Origin: Candidatus Bathyarchaeota archaeon JdFR-07
GTDB taxonomy: Archaea; Thermoproteota; Bathyarchaeia; Bathyarchaeales; Bathycorpusculaceae
Assembly (NCBI GenBank): GCA_002010975.1
Contig: MTLU01000043.1
Coordinates: forward strand, 1-55,273
Reading direction: 5' to 3'
DNA: 55,273 nucleotides
Positions within the stretch are counted from its first letter, which is position 1. Each line of letters opens with the position of its first letter. The notes below the pieces were generated by a model that was not told where the DNA came from, ran no database searches, and saw only the letters and a program-made list of their open reading frames with translations. Below are positions 43,297 to 52,994 of the stretch, piece after piece. The translations under genes and the position numbers were made by a program.

Positions 43297-44139
43297 TTAT
43301 AGATGTTCCGCACATTTTTTTAATTCATCAAAAAGTTCTGGCCGTAGATCCTTTAATGTGGGAACAAAAGTTTCAATGGGCTTTATGTCTCTGTAGTCCA
43401 CATCACATATCACAAAGTCTTCTTCATCATATTTTGCCTTGGCAAGAACTCTTCCACTTGGGGCGATTAAACGGCTTCCTCCCCAAAACTGCAAACCATC
43501 TTCAATTCCTACAAGGTTCACATAAGCTAGAAAAGTAGTGTTTTCTATGGCTCTGGCTGCTGTCAGGATCTCAAAAAATGTTTTACGGACTGCTGGTGAA
43601 GCAGAAATACAAACAATAAGTTGTGCTCCTTTTAATCGGGTTATGCGGCTAACTTCCGGAAAGAAAATGTCATAACATATGATTAATCCTAATCTTCCAA
43701 GTTCCGTATAGAAGACTGCTGATTGATATCCAGGGCGAAAATAACGTTTTTCTTCAAAGACGCTATGAGTTGGAAGATACATTTTTCGATATTTTCCGAT
43801 GTATCCTTTGGGGCCTACTAGAACTGCCGTATTATAAATCGTTGCTTTGGTTTTTTCGCTTACTTCGGGCATGCCAAAGATGATATGTGTTTGCGTTTTC
43901 TCAGCTATTTTCTCCACGGCGTAAGTGGACGGGCCAGGTATTATTTCTGCCAGTTCGTAAATCTGGTCTCTAACTACATAACCTGTTAAAGATAATTCTG
44001 GGAAAATTACAAGATCCACTGATTGATCCTTAAACTTTTTCACAATTTCTTCCATTTTCTTTAAGTTTTCTTCTTTATTTGCTCGTTTACAGCTTATTTG
44101 TGCTAAAGCTATTCTGACTCTTTCTTTCATTTTTATCAC
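43297..44139 (-). CDS. carbon-nitrogen hydrolase (nitrilase superfamily)
   Basis: Glu-Lys-Cys triad context: VIFPELSLTGY, YRKMYLP, LIICYDIFFPE. Confidence 0.9.
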   Translation of the reverse strand: MIKMKERVRIALAQISCKRANKEENLKKMEEIVKKFKDQSVDLVIFPELSLTGYVVRDQIYELAEIIPGPSTYAVEKIAEKTQTHIIFGMPEVSEKTKATIYNTAVLVGPKGYIGKYRKMYLPTHSVFEEKRYFRPGYQSAVFYTELGRLGLIICYDIFFPEVSRITRLKGAQLIVCISASPAVRKTFFEILTAARAIENTTFLAYVNLVGIEDGLQFWGGSRLIAPSGRVLAKAKYDEEDFVICDVDYRDIKPIETFVPTLKDLRPELFDELKKCAEHL

Positions 44140-44140
44140 T

Positions 44141-45004
44141 TCAATAATAAAAGTAGTGGCGTGAGAGTCTAAAATCTGCTCCTACTGTTCGATATTCTAG
44201 TTTTGGTGCTAATAGAACTCGTCTTTTGTGTTCTGTTGAAAGCCATCTTTGTTTTATTTTTTTTACCAAGTCCTCCCTTATTTCTAGCTGATTTGCTATG
44301 TCATCTGTTTGCATAAAATGTTCAAGTCCGTAAAGAATTAGATCAAGGAGTTCATACTTTATGCCTAATTCTTTTTCTGCAGATTGGCCTGGCCACAAGG
44401 TTGGCGATGGTGGTTTTTCAATTATTTCGCTTGGAATGCCTAAATGTTTCGCAAGTCTCTGTACTTGGGTTTTATATAAATCCATTATCGGGAATATGTC
44501 GGCTGCAACATCTCCCCATTTTGTAAAATACCCCATCATCGTTTCAGACTTATCAGCGCTTCCACCTACTAGCATGTTAAGTTTGTTTGCATAATAGTAT
44601 ATGTAGATCATCCTTGTTCGGGCTTTTATGTTTCCTTTACATACGTTGTCAAGAGGATCAAATATTGGTAGGGAATTATAGAAACTTTCTAGTGTAGCCG
44701 TGATTTCTATTAATTCTGTTTTTAGGCCAAATTTTTTTGCGACATTCTCTGCATGGGCGATCTCTTTTTTGTTATAAGTTTCTTTTTCTGGTAGAATAAG
44801 TCCTAAAACTTTATCGCCACCAATTGCTAGAGCTGCAAGGGCAGCGGTTGTTGAACTGTCAATTCCCCCTGACATTCCTAACACAATGCCCTTTGCTCCC
44901 GCTTTGGAGACATAATCTCTAATGAAGTTTTTTATTTTTTGCTCGACTTCTACCCAGTCCAAATTTAAGATTGATGGATTTAACCGCAATGTACATATCC
45001 TCAT
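44141..45004 (-). CDS. nadE: NAD+ synthetase
   Basis: PP-loop GMSGGIDSSTTAALA and GGSADKSETMMGYFTKWGD. Confidence 0.9.
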   Translation of the reverse strand: MRICTLRLNPSILNLDWVEVEQKIKNFIRDYVSKAGAKGIVLGMSGGIDSSTTAALAALAIGGDKVLGLILPEKETYNKKEIAHAENVAKKFGLKTELIEITATLESFYNSLPIFDPLDNVCKGNIKARTRMIYIYYYANKLNMLVGGSADKSETMMGYFTKWGDVAADIFPIMDLYKTQVQRLAKHLGIPSEIIEKPPSPTLWPGQSAEKELGIKYELLDLILYGLEHFMQTDDIANQLEIREDLVKKIKQRWLSTEHKRRVLLAPKLEYRTVGADFRLSRHYFYY

Positions 45005-45087
45005 TTTTTATGGAGTGGTAGCTGTATTTAAGGACAAACATAAAATATCTGTACATCCCCCTTTTAGGATATAGAAGGCATAAAAGT

Positions 45088-45354
45088 ATGGGGCGAAGAA
45101 GAAGAAAGGTTGTGCGTATTCCTAAGAGACGATTGCCTAAATTCTTCTCTTGCCCAAGGTGTGGAAAGAGAACAGTAAGAGTTGAGATTTCCAAGGAAGA
45201 AGGACATGCAGTTGTAGGTTGTAGTAGCTGCGGTGTCAAAGACGAATTCTTTATTAAACCTGCTCAAAGCGAAATTGATGTTTACTGTATGTTTACAGAC
45301 AAGTTTTATGGAAGTTATAGAAAGATTTCGGCCTCTCAATCTGAAAGTAATTAA
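45088..45354 (+). CDS. elf1: transcription elongation factor Elf1 homolog (zinc ribbon)
   Basis: [30 protein letters not shown]...VGCSSCGV...[13 protein letters not shown] parallels eukaryotic Elf1. Confidence 0.8.
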   Translation: MGRRRRKVVRIPKRRLPKFFSCPRCGKRTVRVEISKEEGHAVVGCSSCGVKDEFFIKPAQSEIDVYCMFTDKFYGSYRKISASQSESN

Positions 45355-45373
45355 GTTTAGGTTGGAACCTTTT

Positions 45374-46123
45374 ATGGTTGGACATGTTGAAAGGTATCTT
45401 CTTGAAAAAATGGAGGCTGAAAATTCTATTCATCTTACCCTTATAGATCCTGAGAAAGTAACACCTCCTCAAGCTTCTTCAATAGCCGTTAAAGCAAAAC
45501 TTAGTGGGACATCAGCCATAATGGTTGGAGGGTCAACTTTCGTCTCAACTAAACACCTAGATAGTGTTGTAAAGGCTATTAAGCGGACAGCGAAACTTCC
45601 AGTAATTCTGTTTCCAAACAATGTGACTGGTATAAGTCGGTACGCTGATGCTATATGGTTTATGTCCCTTCTAAATTCGGTTGACCCATACTTCTTGGTA
45701 GGAGCCCAGATTTTAGGTGCCCCGATGGTAAAAAAATATCGCTTGGAACCAATTCCCATGGGCTACATCATTGTAGGCGACGGTGGTACTGCCGGTATTG
45801 TCGGCAAGGCTGTACCAATACCTTATAACAAACCAGAACTCGCTGCAGCTCACGCTTTAGCTGGGCAATATTTGGGCATGCGTTTCATCTACTTGGAAGG
45901 AGGATCGGGGGCTAGAAAACCTGTTCCTCCCGAAATGATTCGCACCGTTAAAAACTATATAGATGTTCCTTTGATTGTGGGAGGAGGCATAAAAACTAGG
46001 AAACAAGCATTAACCGCTGTAGCTGCTGGAGCAGACATTATTGTAACTGGGAATATCGTAGAAAACAGGGAAGTTAAGGACAAGGTCTCAGAAATTATTA
46101 AAGGCATTAAAGGCAGCAGATAG
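45374..46123 (+). CDS. geranylgeranylglyceryl phosphate synthase (PcrB/GGGPS family)
   Basis: HLTLIDPEK, IMVGGST, PVILFPNN, FIYLEGGSGA, PLIVGGGI. ATG 45374 follows the elf1 stop. Confidence 0.9.
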   Translation: MVGHVERYLLEKMEAENSIHLTLIDPEKVTPPQASSIAVKAKLSGTSAIMVGGSTFVSTKHLDSVVKAIKRTAKLPVILFPNNVTGISRYADAIWFMSLLNSVDPYFLVGAQILGAPMVKKYRLEPIPMGYIIVGDGGTAGIVGKAVPIPYNKPELAAAHALAGQYLGMRFIYLEGGSGARKPVPPEMIRTVKNYIDVPLIVGGGIKTRKQALTAVAAGADIIVTGNIVENREVKDKVSEIIKGIKGSR

Positions 46124-46288
46124 TAGTGCAAGGATTTGTTTTGAAAAGTGGCCTGTTATATTTTTGTGTAGAATTAATATGGAATAACGGCTACTCAGCC
46201 TTTGTTTTTGCTTTTTTCATGTCACGAAAGGGAAATAAACAGAACATGTAAACAGAGTTGCGGAGACAAGGAAAGTTTGAACAATAAT

Positions 46289-49200
46289 ATGAGCGAAGCT
46301 TATCAGCAATATGTAGCAACCTTAGAAAGTAAACTCAAGCAAGTGTACGCTCTAAGCGAAGAAGCTAGAAGAAAGGGATTGGACCCTGCACCGTCAACTG
46401 AATGTAAGATTGCAAAGGATCTAGCTGATTTAGTTGAGGGTCTTGTGGGGCCTAAAGGGGTTGCAGAAAGCATTAGAAAACTAAGTGAACGACTTTCAAG
46501 AGAAGAATTAGCTTTCAAAATAGCGGAAGAAATCGTTTATGGCAAATTTGGGCATATGGACGACGAAAAGGCTGCTGAACAAGCCATTCGTACATCTCTT
46601 GCAATCCTGACCGAGGGGCTTACGGCAGCTCCGCTTCAAGGGGTAGCCCAAGTGAAAATTAAAGCCAATCGTGACCGAACACAGTATCTCGCTATTTATT
46701 TTGCAGGTCCAATAAGATCTGCTGGGGGAACAGACCAGGCCCTGACACTTGTTGTAGGCGATTTTGTTAGACGATTATTAGGGCTTAATCGTTATAAGCC
46801 TACTAAAGAGGAAATTTCGCGGTTTATTGAGGAGATGCGCCTTTATGAACGCGCTGTTGGGCGTTTCCAATATCACATTTCAGATGAAGAGCTTAGAAAA
46901 GCTCTTGAGTGGCTCCCTGTAGAGGTTACTGGCACAGAATCTGATCCCGTGGAAGTATCTTCTTACAGAAATCTGCAAAGGATTGAAACGAATCGTGTAA
47001 GAGGCGGCGCCCTTCGAGTTGTAAATGATGGCGTTGTTGGGCGTGCTTCCAAAGTTTATGCAATAATTGAAGGGCTCAGGATTCAGGGTTGGGATTGGCT
47101 TAAAGAGTTCCGCCAAAAATCCGCAGAGAAATCTACTGGGTTTATGGATGAAGTTATTGCAGGGCGTCCAATATTCTCGTTTCCTTCAAGGCGCGGTGGT
47201 TTTCGATTACGTTATGGTAGGGCTCGAAACACTGGTTTGGCAGCTGTGGGCATTCACCCCGCTACTATGCTTGTACTTCAAGGTTTTGTAGCCGCTGGTA
47301 CACAATTACGCTTAGAACTTCCAGGGAAAGGTGGAATAGCAGTTCCTGTTGATAGTTTGGAGCCTCCAATTGTTCGTTTGAAGAACGGATCTGTTGTTCG
47401 CGTGTCTGTTGAAAACTTTGCTGGACTAAAAGATAGCACTGAGAAAATTTTGTTTCTTGGAGATATTTTGATTAGTTTTGGAGATTTTCTTTACAATAGT
47501 AAGTCTCTGTCCCCCTCTGGATATGTTGAAGAATGGTGGGTTGGAGATTTAAGAAAAGGCATTTCCGAAAGATTCGATGGAGATCTTACAAAAGCTGCTG
47601 AAACACTACAGATTCAAACTAAAAGATTGGAAAAACTTTTAAAAAATCCTTTTCTAAATAAACCAAGCCTTAAAGAAGCTGCGAAGTTATCTTCAGTATT
47701 AAAAATCCCGCTCCATCCATCGTTTACCTTTTTCTGGTCTCATCTTAAATCAATTGATGATTTAAAAGCATTGAAAAAGTGGGTTGACACTGCGAAAATA
47801 TCGAGAGACGACGATATTATATGCCGAATTTCCGGTGATTTTGTGGCAAATGTAAAAGAGTCTTTAGAAGCAATTTGCTTACCTCATAGTGTGGCTAATG
47901 GAAAAATTATTGTTGAGGGCGATGATGCAGGAGCTTTAGCCTTTTCCTTAGGCTATGGGCATTACACGAATGTAGATCTGATTTCTGCTTCCTCTGTTTT
48001 GGATGCTGTAAGCTTACTCGCCGGCGTGGAGATTAAGGAAAAAGATCCAACTCTTGTAGGAGCACGTATGGGACGTCCTGAAAAAGCTAAGAGGCGCGAA
48101 TTGAGACCTCGGGTTCATGTTCTCTTTCCTGTGGGCTTGGCTGGGGGTTCTCATAGGGACATTATCGAAGCAGCTAAGAGAGAGCGTGCTACCGTAGAGA
48201 TTGTTACTCGTAAATGCCCTTCTTGTAAGACGATTACTTTTGGTGTTAAATGTCCGGTTTGTGGGTCTGAAACGGTTTTTGAGAAGATATGCCCTCGCTG
48301 TGGGAGGATACAAGAGAGTAAAGACGTATGTCCGGTATGTAAAGTACCTGTTGTTTACTATCAGAAACAATCTGTGAACTTTAAAGAGGCACTTGGCAAG
48401 GCTTGCAAAAATTTAGGAATGCCCCCTCCTAAACTTTTGAAAGGGGTTAAAGGTTTAATGAACGAAAAGAAGATTCCTGAACTTATTGAGAAGGGAATTC
48501 TACGTGCAAAATATGATTTGTCAGTATACAAAGATGGTACTGTTCGTTTTGATGCGACAAATGCTCCGTTAACTCATTTTAAAATATCGGAAATTGGAGT
48601 CTCTATTGAAAAGCTTGTGAAGCTTGGTTATACTTATGACATCAATGGTGCCCCTTTGACGCAGGGAAATCAGATTTGCGAATTAAAAATTCAAGATGTT
48701 ATTATCCCCATGAAATGTGCTCAATATTTTGTCCGCGTCGCAAACTTTATTGATGAATTGCTAACAAAAGTGTATAGGTTGCCACCATATTATAAAGTCA
48801 AAAAAGTTGAAGATTTAGTGGGGCATCTAGTTATAGGATTAGCACCTCATACCTCTGTAGGTATTTTAGGAAGGATAATTGGCTTTACAAACTTAAATGT
48901 ATGTTATGCGCATCCCGTTTGGCACTCTGCTAAACGGAGAGACTGTGATGGAGACGAAGACACGTTGATGCTTGCTTTAGATACCCTTCTCAATTTTTCT
49001 CAAGATTATTTACCCGCACAAATAGGGGGCATAATGGATGCTCCATTGCTGTTAATTCCAGTTGTTAAGACTATGGAGGTTCAGAGACAAGCTCATGATG
49101 TTGATGTTGCTAAGGAATATCCTTTGGAGTTTTTTGAAAAAACATGGGAAAATGCAAGAGCCAAGACTGTTAGCAGCCTTATAGATATTATTGAATACAG

Positions 49201-49696
49201 GCTGGGTTCAGAGGCTCAGTTTGAAGGTTTCAACTTTACAACACCTGTTTCCAACATTAACTTAGGGAATGCAGAAAGTTCTTACAAGCGATTAAAAACT
49301 ATGATCGATAAGCTTAACAGTCAACTGGAATTGGCTGAGAAGATAGAGGCTGTCGATGTTAAACGCGTAGCTTTAAAAGTTCTAACAACCCATTTTATTC
49401 GAGACATTTCAGGGAATTTACGTGCTTTCTCTACCCAAGGCTTTAGGTGTAAATCCTGTAACAAGCGCTTTAGACGATTACCACTTCGAGGGACCTGTCC
49501 TTTTTGTAATGGTCAATTGACCCTCACAGTTTATCGGGGTGGGATTGAAAAGTATTTAGAGGCAGCTCAACGGTTAGTTGAGAAATATGGATTGCCTAAG
49601 TATTACATTCAAAGAATTATGCTTGTAAAAGAAGAGATTAACAACTTATTTGAAGGAAAAAAGCCAAAACAAATCAGTCTAATGGATTTTGCTTGA
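46289..49696 (+). CDS. dp2: DNA polymerase II (PolD) large subunit DP2
   Basis: 1135 aa from ATG 46289 (MSEAYQQY). Conserved IYFAGPIRSAGGTDQA, GRPIFSFPSRRGGFRLRYGRARNTG, zinc fingers CPSC..CPVC..CPRC..CPVC, RRDCDGDED, C-terminal CKSC...CPFC. No intein-sized insertion. Confidence 0.95.
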   Translation: MSEAYQQYVATLESKLKQVYALSEEARRKGLDPAPSTECKIAKDLADLVEGLVGPKGVAESIRKLSERLSREELAFKIAEEIVYGKFGHMDDEKAAEQAIRTSLAILTEGLTAAPLQGVAQVKIKANRDRTQYLAIYFAGPIRSAGGTDQALTLVVGDFVRRLLGLNRYKPTKEEISRFIEEMRLYERAVGRFQYHISDEELRKALEWLPVEVTGTESDPVEVSSYRNLQRIETNRVRGGALRVVNDGVVGRASKVYAIIEGLRIQGWDWLKEFRQKSAEKSTGFMDEVIAGRPIFSFPSRRGGFRLRYGRARNTGLAAVGIHPATMLVLQGFVAAGTQLRLELPGKGGIAVPVDSLEPPIVRLKNGSVVRVSVENFAGLKDSTEKILFLGDILISFGDFLYNSKSLSPSGYVEEWWVGDLRKGISERFDGDLTKAAETLQIQTKRLEKLLKNPFLNKPSLKEAAKLSSVLKIPLHPSFTFFWSHLKSIDDLKALKKWVDTAKISRDDDIICRISGDFVANVKESLEAICLPHSVANGKIIVEGDDAGALAFSLGYGHYTNVDLISASSVLDAVSLLAGVEIKEKDPTLVGARMGRPEKAKRRELRPRVHVLFPVGLAGGSHRDIIEAAKRERATVEIVTRKCPSCKTITFGVKCPVCGSETVFEKICPRCGRIQESKDVCPVCKVPVVYYQKQSVNFKEALGKACKNLGMPPPKLLKGVKGLMNEKKIPELIEKGILRAKYDLSVYKDGTVRFDATNAPLTHFKISEIGVSIEKLVKLGYTYDINGAPLTQGNQICELKIQDVIIPMKCAQYFVRVANFIDELLTKVYRLPPYYKVKKVEDLVGHLVIGLAPHTSVGILGRIIGFTNLNVCYAHPVWHSAKRRDCDGDEDTLMLALDTLLNFSQDYLPAQIGGIMDAPLLLIPVVKTMEVQRQAHDVDVAKEYPLEFFEKTWENARAKTVSSLIDIIEYRLGSEAQFEGFNFTTPVSNINLGNAESSYKRLKTMIDKLNSQLELAEKIEAVDVKRVALKVLTTHFIRDISGNLRAFSTQGFRCKSCNKRFRRLPLRGTCPFCNGQLTLTVYRGGIEKYLEAAQRLVEKYGLPKYYIQRIMLVKEEINNLFEGKKPKQISLMDFA

Positions 49697-49737
49697 GAAA
49701 GCTTTTCTACTTTAAAAGCAATTCTTTTTTGGTCAGC

Positions 49738-50010
49738 ATGCTGAAAGTGGTTTATCACCCTAACGCATACTTGACAGGTATAAGAAATGTTAAACTTGGA
49801 CTTAAAGCAAGAACGAAAATACTAGAAACTTTAGAAACAGGCTCTTTTACAGCAAGAAATATTGCTAAAGAAACTAATCTTCGCTATTCTGTTGTTTTGT
49901 ACCACTTAAAACTTTTGGAAAAAGAGGACATAGTTCAACGCAAGGGGAATAGACCTTATATGTGGAGTGTTACGGGCCTGGGGCAGAAGCGCTTAATTGG
50001 ATTACGTTAA
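49738..50010 (+). CDS. ArsR-like winged-helix regulator
   Basis: TKILETLETGSFTARNIAKETNLRYSVVLYHLKLLEKEDIVQRKG. The ORF is open from TTG 49693. Confidence 0.65.
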   Translation: MLKVVYHPNAYLTGIRNVKLGLKARTKILETLETGSFTARNIAKETNLRYSVVLYHLKLLEKEDIVQRKGNRPYMWSVTGLGQKRLIGLR

Positions 50011-50294
50011 AAAGTACATTGACAAGGTGTCTGTTGACACTTCGGACACTTTTCTGCATACTTGTTTAACGTTGCCATCTCTAAATTTATGTTGACCACA
50101 TTTGCTAAAGAAGCTAGCCACGCGATAACATCAGCGAATTCATTTTCTAACGCCTTTTTATTTTTCCTTTTTAGTGCTTCTCCAAGTTCCTCGACTTCTT
50201 CTACAAGCCAATTAAATGTTTTAGTTGCACCCCGCTGAGAATCTCTATGGAAATATAGGCGACGCATCATTTCTTGAAATTCTGAGATATGCAA
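50007..50294 (-). CDS. MazG-like nucleotide pyrophosphohydrolase
   Basis: LVEEVEELGEAL ... EFADVIAWLASLAN is the EExE...D pattern. Ends in a Cys knuckle CPKCQQTPCQC. Confidence 0.75.
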   Translation of the reverse strand: MHISEFQEMMRRLYFHRDSQRGATKTFNWLVEEVEELGEALKRKNKKALENEFADVIAWLASLANVVNINLEMATLNKYAEKCPKCQQTPCQCTF

Positions 50295-50423
50295 GATACT
50301 TCACCAATCCTTGAAAAGAGGATATCATATAGGATAAAAAAGTGATCTTTTAAACGTTTTTGGATTTAAAGAAGGCTGCTTCTGAGAGACTTCCCACTGG
50401 ATAAAAGCACCTTTCTCTAAATT

Positions 50424-50870
50424 TTACTTTTCAGTTGTTAAACTGCGTTGCCCTTTTCTAATTATGTGAGTAACTTTAACCCCCTTTCTTTCTAAATATG
50501 TAGAAATAAATCTTCGATGACAGTATTTTGGATTTGTTTCAATACACATTATGCATACTCGCTTGGTTTTTGCAATTTCTAAAAGCTTCTTCACTCCTTC
50601 TCTGAACATTTTAGTTTGCATATACTTTTGGTATCCGCCTTTTCTATAACCACCCAGTTCTTTGCCAAGCCAAACATATTCTACTCTTTTTCTAGGAAAC
50701 CATTCTTCCATTTCTTCTTTTCTGAAATGCTGCATTTTTGACGTCGGAAAACGACGTATGTCAATAAGAACTTGTATCCTATTTTCTTTTAACAATTCTA
50801 AGAAGTTTTCCAAAGAGTAATTGCTATATCCAACTGTCCATATAGTTATTCGTACGTTATGGCTTTTCAT
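50424..50870 (-). CDS. DUF488 family protein
   Basis: IWTVGYSN...LLKENRIQVLIDIRRFPTSK ... VCIMCIETNPKYCHRRFI. Confidence 0.8.
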   Translation of the reverse strand: MKSHNVRITIWTVGYSNYSLENFLELLKENRIQVLIDIRRFPTSKMQHFRKEEMEEWFPRKRVEYVWLGKELGGYRKGGYQKYMQTKMFREGVKKLLEIAKTKRVCIMCIETNPKYCHRRFISTYLERKGVKVTHIIRKGQRSLTTEK

Positions 50871-50872
50871 TT

Positions 50873-52198
50873 TTAACGGATTTTGATATACTTGTAAGCT
50901 TCAACAGCATTCTCAAAGCAATAATGAACCTTCTGGTATTCCTTACGAAACTCTGCTACGCTGGACTTAACCTCTTCTAATGGTTTTTTATCTATTATTG
51001 CGCTTTTAATAAAATCTGCAATTTCCTCCATTTCTGATTCTTTCATTCCAAGCCTTGTAACTTCTGAAACACCCAGCCTTATTCCACCTGGATGCATGAA
51101 GTGTCTTCCTTCCTTGATATCCCAGGGAAGCAAGTTTCTGTTTATGATTATGTTGGCTTTTTCCAGAGTTTCCTCTATGGTGCCTCCGTCACCATGTTTT
51201 GTAATGTCAATCAGTATAACGTGTGATTCCGTGAACCCTTTATGTTCTGCTAATACGTTGAATCCCCTTTCATACAGTGCTTGGGCAAGGGCTTTAGCGT
51301 TTTTTACTATCTGACTGGTATATTCTTTTCCGAATGCGAGCATTTCTGCGCAAGCAATTGTAACGCCTGCCACAGCATGCAAATGATGATTGCTAACCAT
51401 TCCAGGAAATGTTGCTCTCTTTATTTTTTCAGCATGTTTTTCCCAAGAGAGAACTCCCCCATGTTGAGGTCCAAAAAATGTTTTGTGTGTGCTTAAACTT
51501 ACCACATCTGCTCCTTCTCTGAGGGGGTCTTGGAACCGGCCTCCCGCGATTAAACCGGCTACATGAGCAGCGTCATATCCTGTGATAGCGCCTACTGAAT
51601 GTATGGTATCCGCCAACTCTTTTACTGGATGTGGAAATGGAAAGACGCTTGCTCCAAACATTACAAGTTTTGGCGGTCTATTTTCGGCCACGAGCTTTTC
51701 GATTCTTTGTTTAGCCCTGTCAACATCTATATTCAACTCTTTGTAATCGAGAGGAAGATATTCAACCATTAATCCATGAACGGCACCAGCAGTGCCTCCA
51801 AGCCTTTTTTTGCCCATAGTTATGTGTCCACCACATGGAATGGACAGAGCCATCATGGTATCACTGGGCTCTGTAAAAGCTGTGTAAACAACTAAATTCG
51901 CGACAACACCAGAGATGGGCCTTACGTCTACAAACTCCGCGTTAAAAAGTTTTTTCATGAGTTCGATACACTTAAATTCTACCTGATCTATAAAACGACA
52001 GCCTGCATAAACTCGCTCTCCAGGCCATCCCTCTGCATATCTATTTCCGAAATCTGAAATAAGTGCTTCTCGAACAGCAGGGCTTGGAATGTTTTCACTT
52101 GCTATTAACGGGATGCTTTCTTGAAACCATTTGTGATGTTGTTGCAGAAGTTCGAAGACATGATCATACTCGTCTTTTGGGGTCTTCACAGTGAACAC
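50873..52198 (-). CDS. glyA: serine hydroxymethyltransferase
   Basis: LIASENIPSPAV, YAEGWPGERVYAG, PLP-lysine region VVSLSTHKTFFGPQHG. GTG start. Confidence 0.95.
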   Translation of the reverse strand: MFTVKTPKDEYDHVFELLQQHHKWFQESIPLIASENIPSPAVREALISDFGNRYAEGWPGERVYAGCRFIDQVEFKCIELMKKLFNAEFVDVRPISGVVANLVVYTAFTEPSDTMMALSIPCGGHITMGKKRLGGTAGAVHGLMVEYLPLDYKELNIDVDRAKQRIEKLVAENRPPKLVMFGASVFPFPHPVKELADTIHSVGAITGYDAAHVAGLIAGGRFQDPLREGADVVSLSTHKTFFGPQHGGVLSWEKHAEKIKRATFPGMVSNHHLHAVAGVTIACAEMLAFGKEYTSQIVKNAKALAQALYERGFNVLAEHKGFTESHVILIDITKHGDGGTIEETLEKANIIINRNLLPWDIKEGRHFMHPGGIRLGVSEVTRLGMKESEMEEIADFIKSAIIDKKPLEEVKSSVAEFRKEYQKVHYCFENAVEAYKYIKIR

Positions 52199-52302
52199 CT
52201 GTCCACACTATCTTTTTATGAGATAAAAAATCTTTGGAGGTCAACACAACATTAATAATGGAGAATTGAGTGCTATTTCATGTTGGAGGAAAGGATGCCT
52301 CA

Positions 52303-52470
52303 ATGAGCAAGAAAAAGAAAGAGCGGTCTGCGCCTATGCCTGCTGCAAGTGCTGGATTATTAAGATTTTTTGAAGAGGAAACAGAAGGTGTCAAGGTTAG
52401 ACCTGAACTTCTTGTGGCGCTAGCGATTGCATTAATAGTAGTGTGTGTACTATCAAATGCTTTCTTTTAA
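52303..52470 (+). CDS. preprotein translocase subunit Sec61-beta (archaeal SecG)
   Basis: MSKKKKERSAPMPAASAGLLRFFEE followed by a single C-terminal TM helix LLVALAIALIVVCVL. Confidence 0.85.
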   Translation: MSKKKKERSAPMPAASAGLLRFFEEETEGVKVRPELLVALAIALIVVCVLSNAFF

Positions 52471-52476
52471 TATTTG

Positions 52477-52827
52477 TTAGCTTTCACGTCGAGGAGATGA
52501 ATGTAGAACTTCTAATCTTTGAACAGAGTTGAGGTGTACAAATATTTCACTTCTTTCTTCTCTGCTAGTAACTTGTGGAATCGGTTGAGCGATTGTTGCT
52601 CTTAATATTATTGCTTCAGCTTCAGAAAGCCATATTCCAGCGGGTTCACGAGTAATTGCCGCTAAGGTACCTTCAAAACCGTAGGAAGGATCCAAAATAA
52701 CCCGTATTCTTTTCCCTAAATTTTTCTCTAACATATGAAATATTGTTGGTGGAATGCTCTGTTCTGGCATAGAGTTCGCAAATCCTCTATAATTGACGTC
52801 TAGTAAATAAAACTCTTGTCCTTCCAA
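52477..52827 (-). CDS. hypothetical protein
   Basis: 116-aa TTG-initiated ORF with non-repetitive composition. No family recognised. Confidence 0.4.
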   Translation of the reverse strand: MEGQEFYLLDVNYRGFANSMPEQSIPPTIFHMLEKNLGKRIRVILDPSYGFEGTLAAITREPAGIWLSEAEAIILRATIAQPIPQVTSREERSEIFVHLNSVQRLEVLHSSPRRES

Positions 52828-52994
52828 CGGAACATTGCGTTTACTGTTTTTACATGTTGGTGACGCATCTCATCGTCTCTTTTTAGGTATTTTTATGTAA
52901 AAAAGATCAACTATTATGTAAGGTTTTGTTACAATTTGGTGGATTTCGACACCTTAATATTTGTTTAAGAACATCTGATAAAGAACCGAAGTGG

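Noticed and set aside
42591-43414. Further TGTGAT/ATCACA occurrences inside coding regions: TGTGATATCAC at 42591-42601 and ATCACATATCACA at 43402-43414.
   Set aside because: These are isolated copies within well-supported CDS (aminotransferase, C-N hydrolase). The count fits chance for a hexamer, so they are not treated as part of the intergenic arrays.
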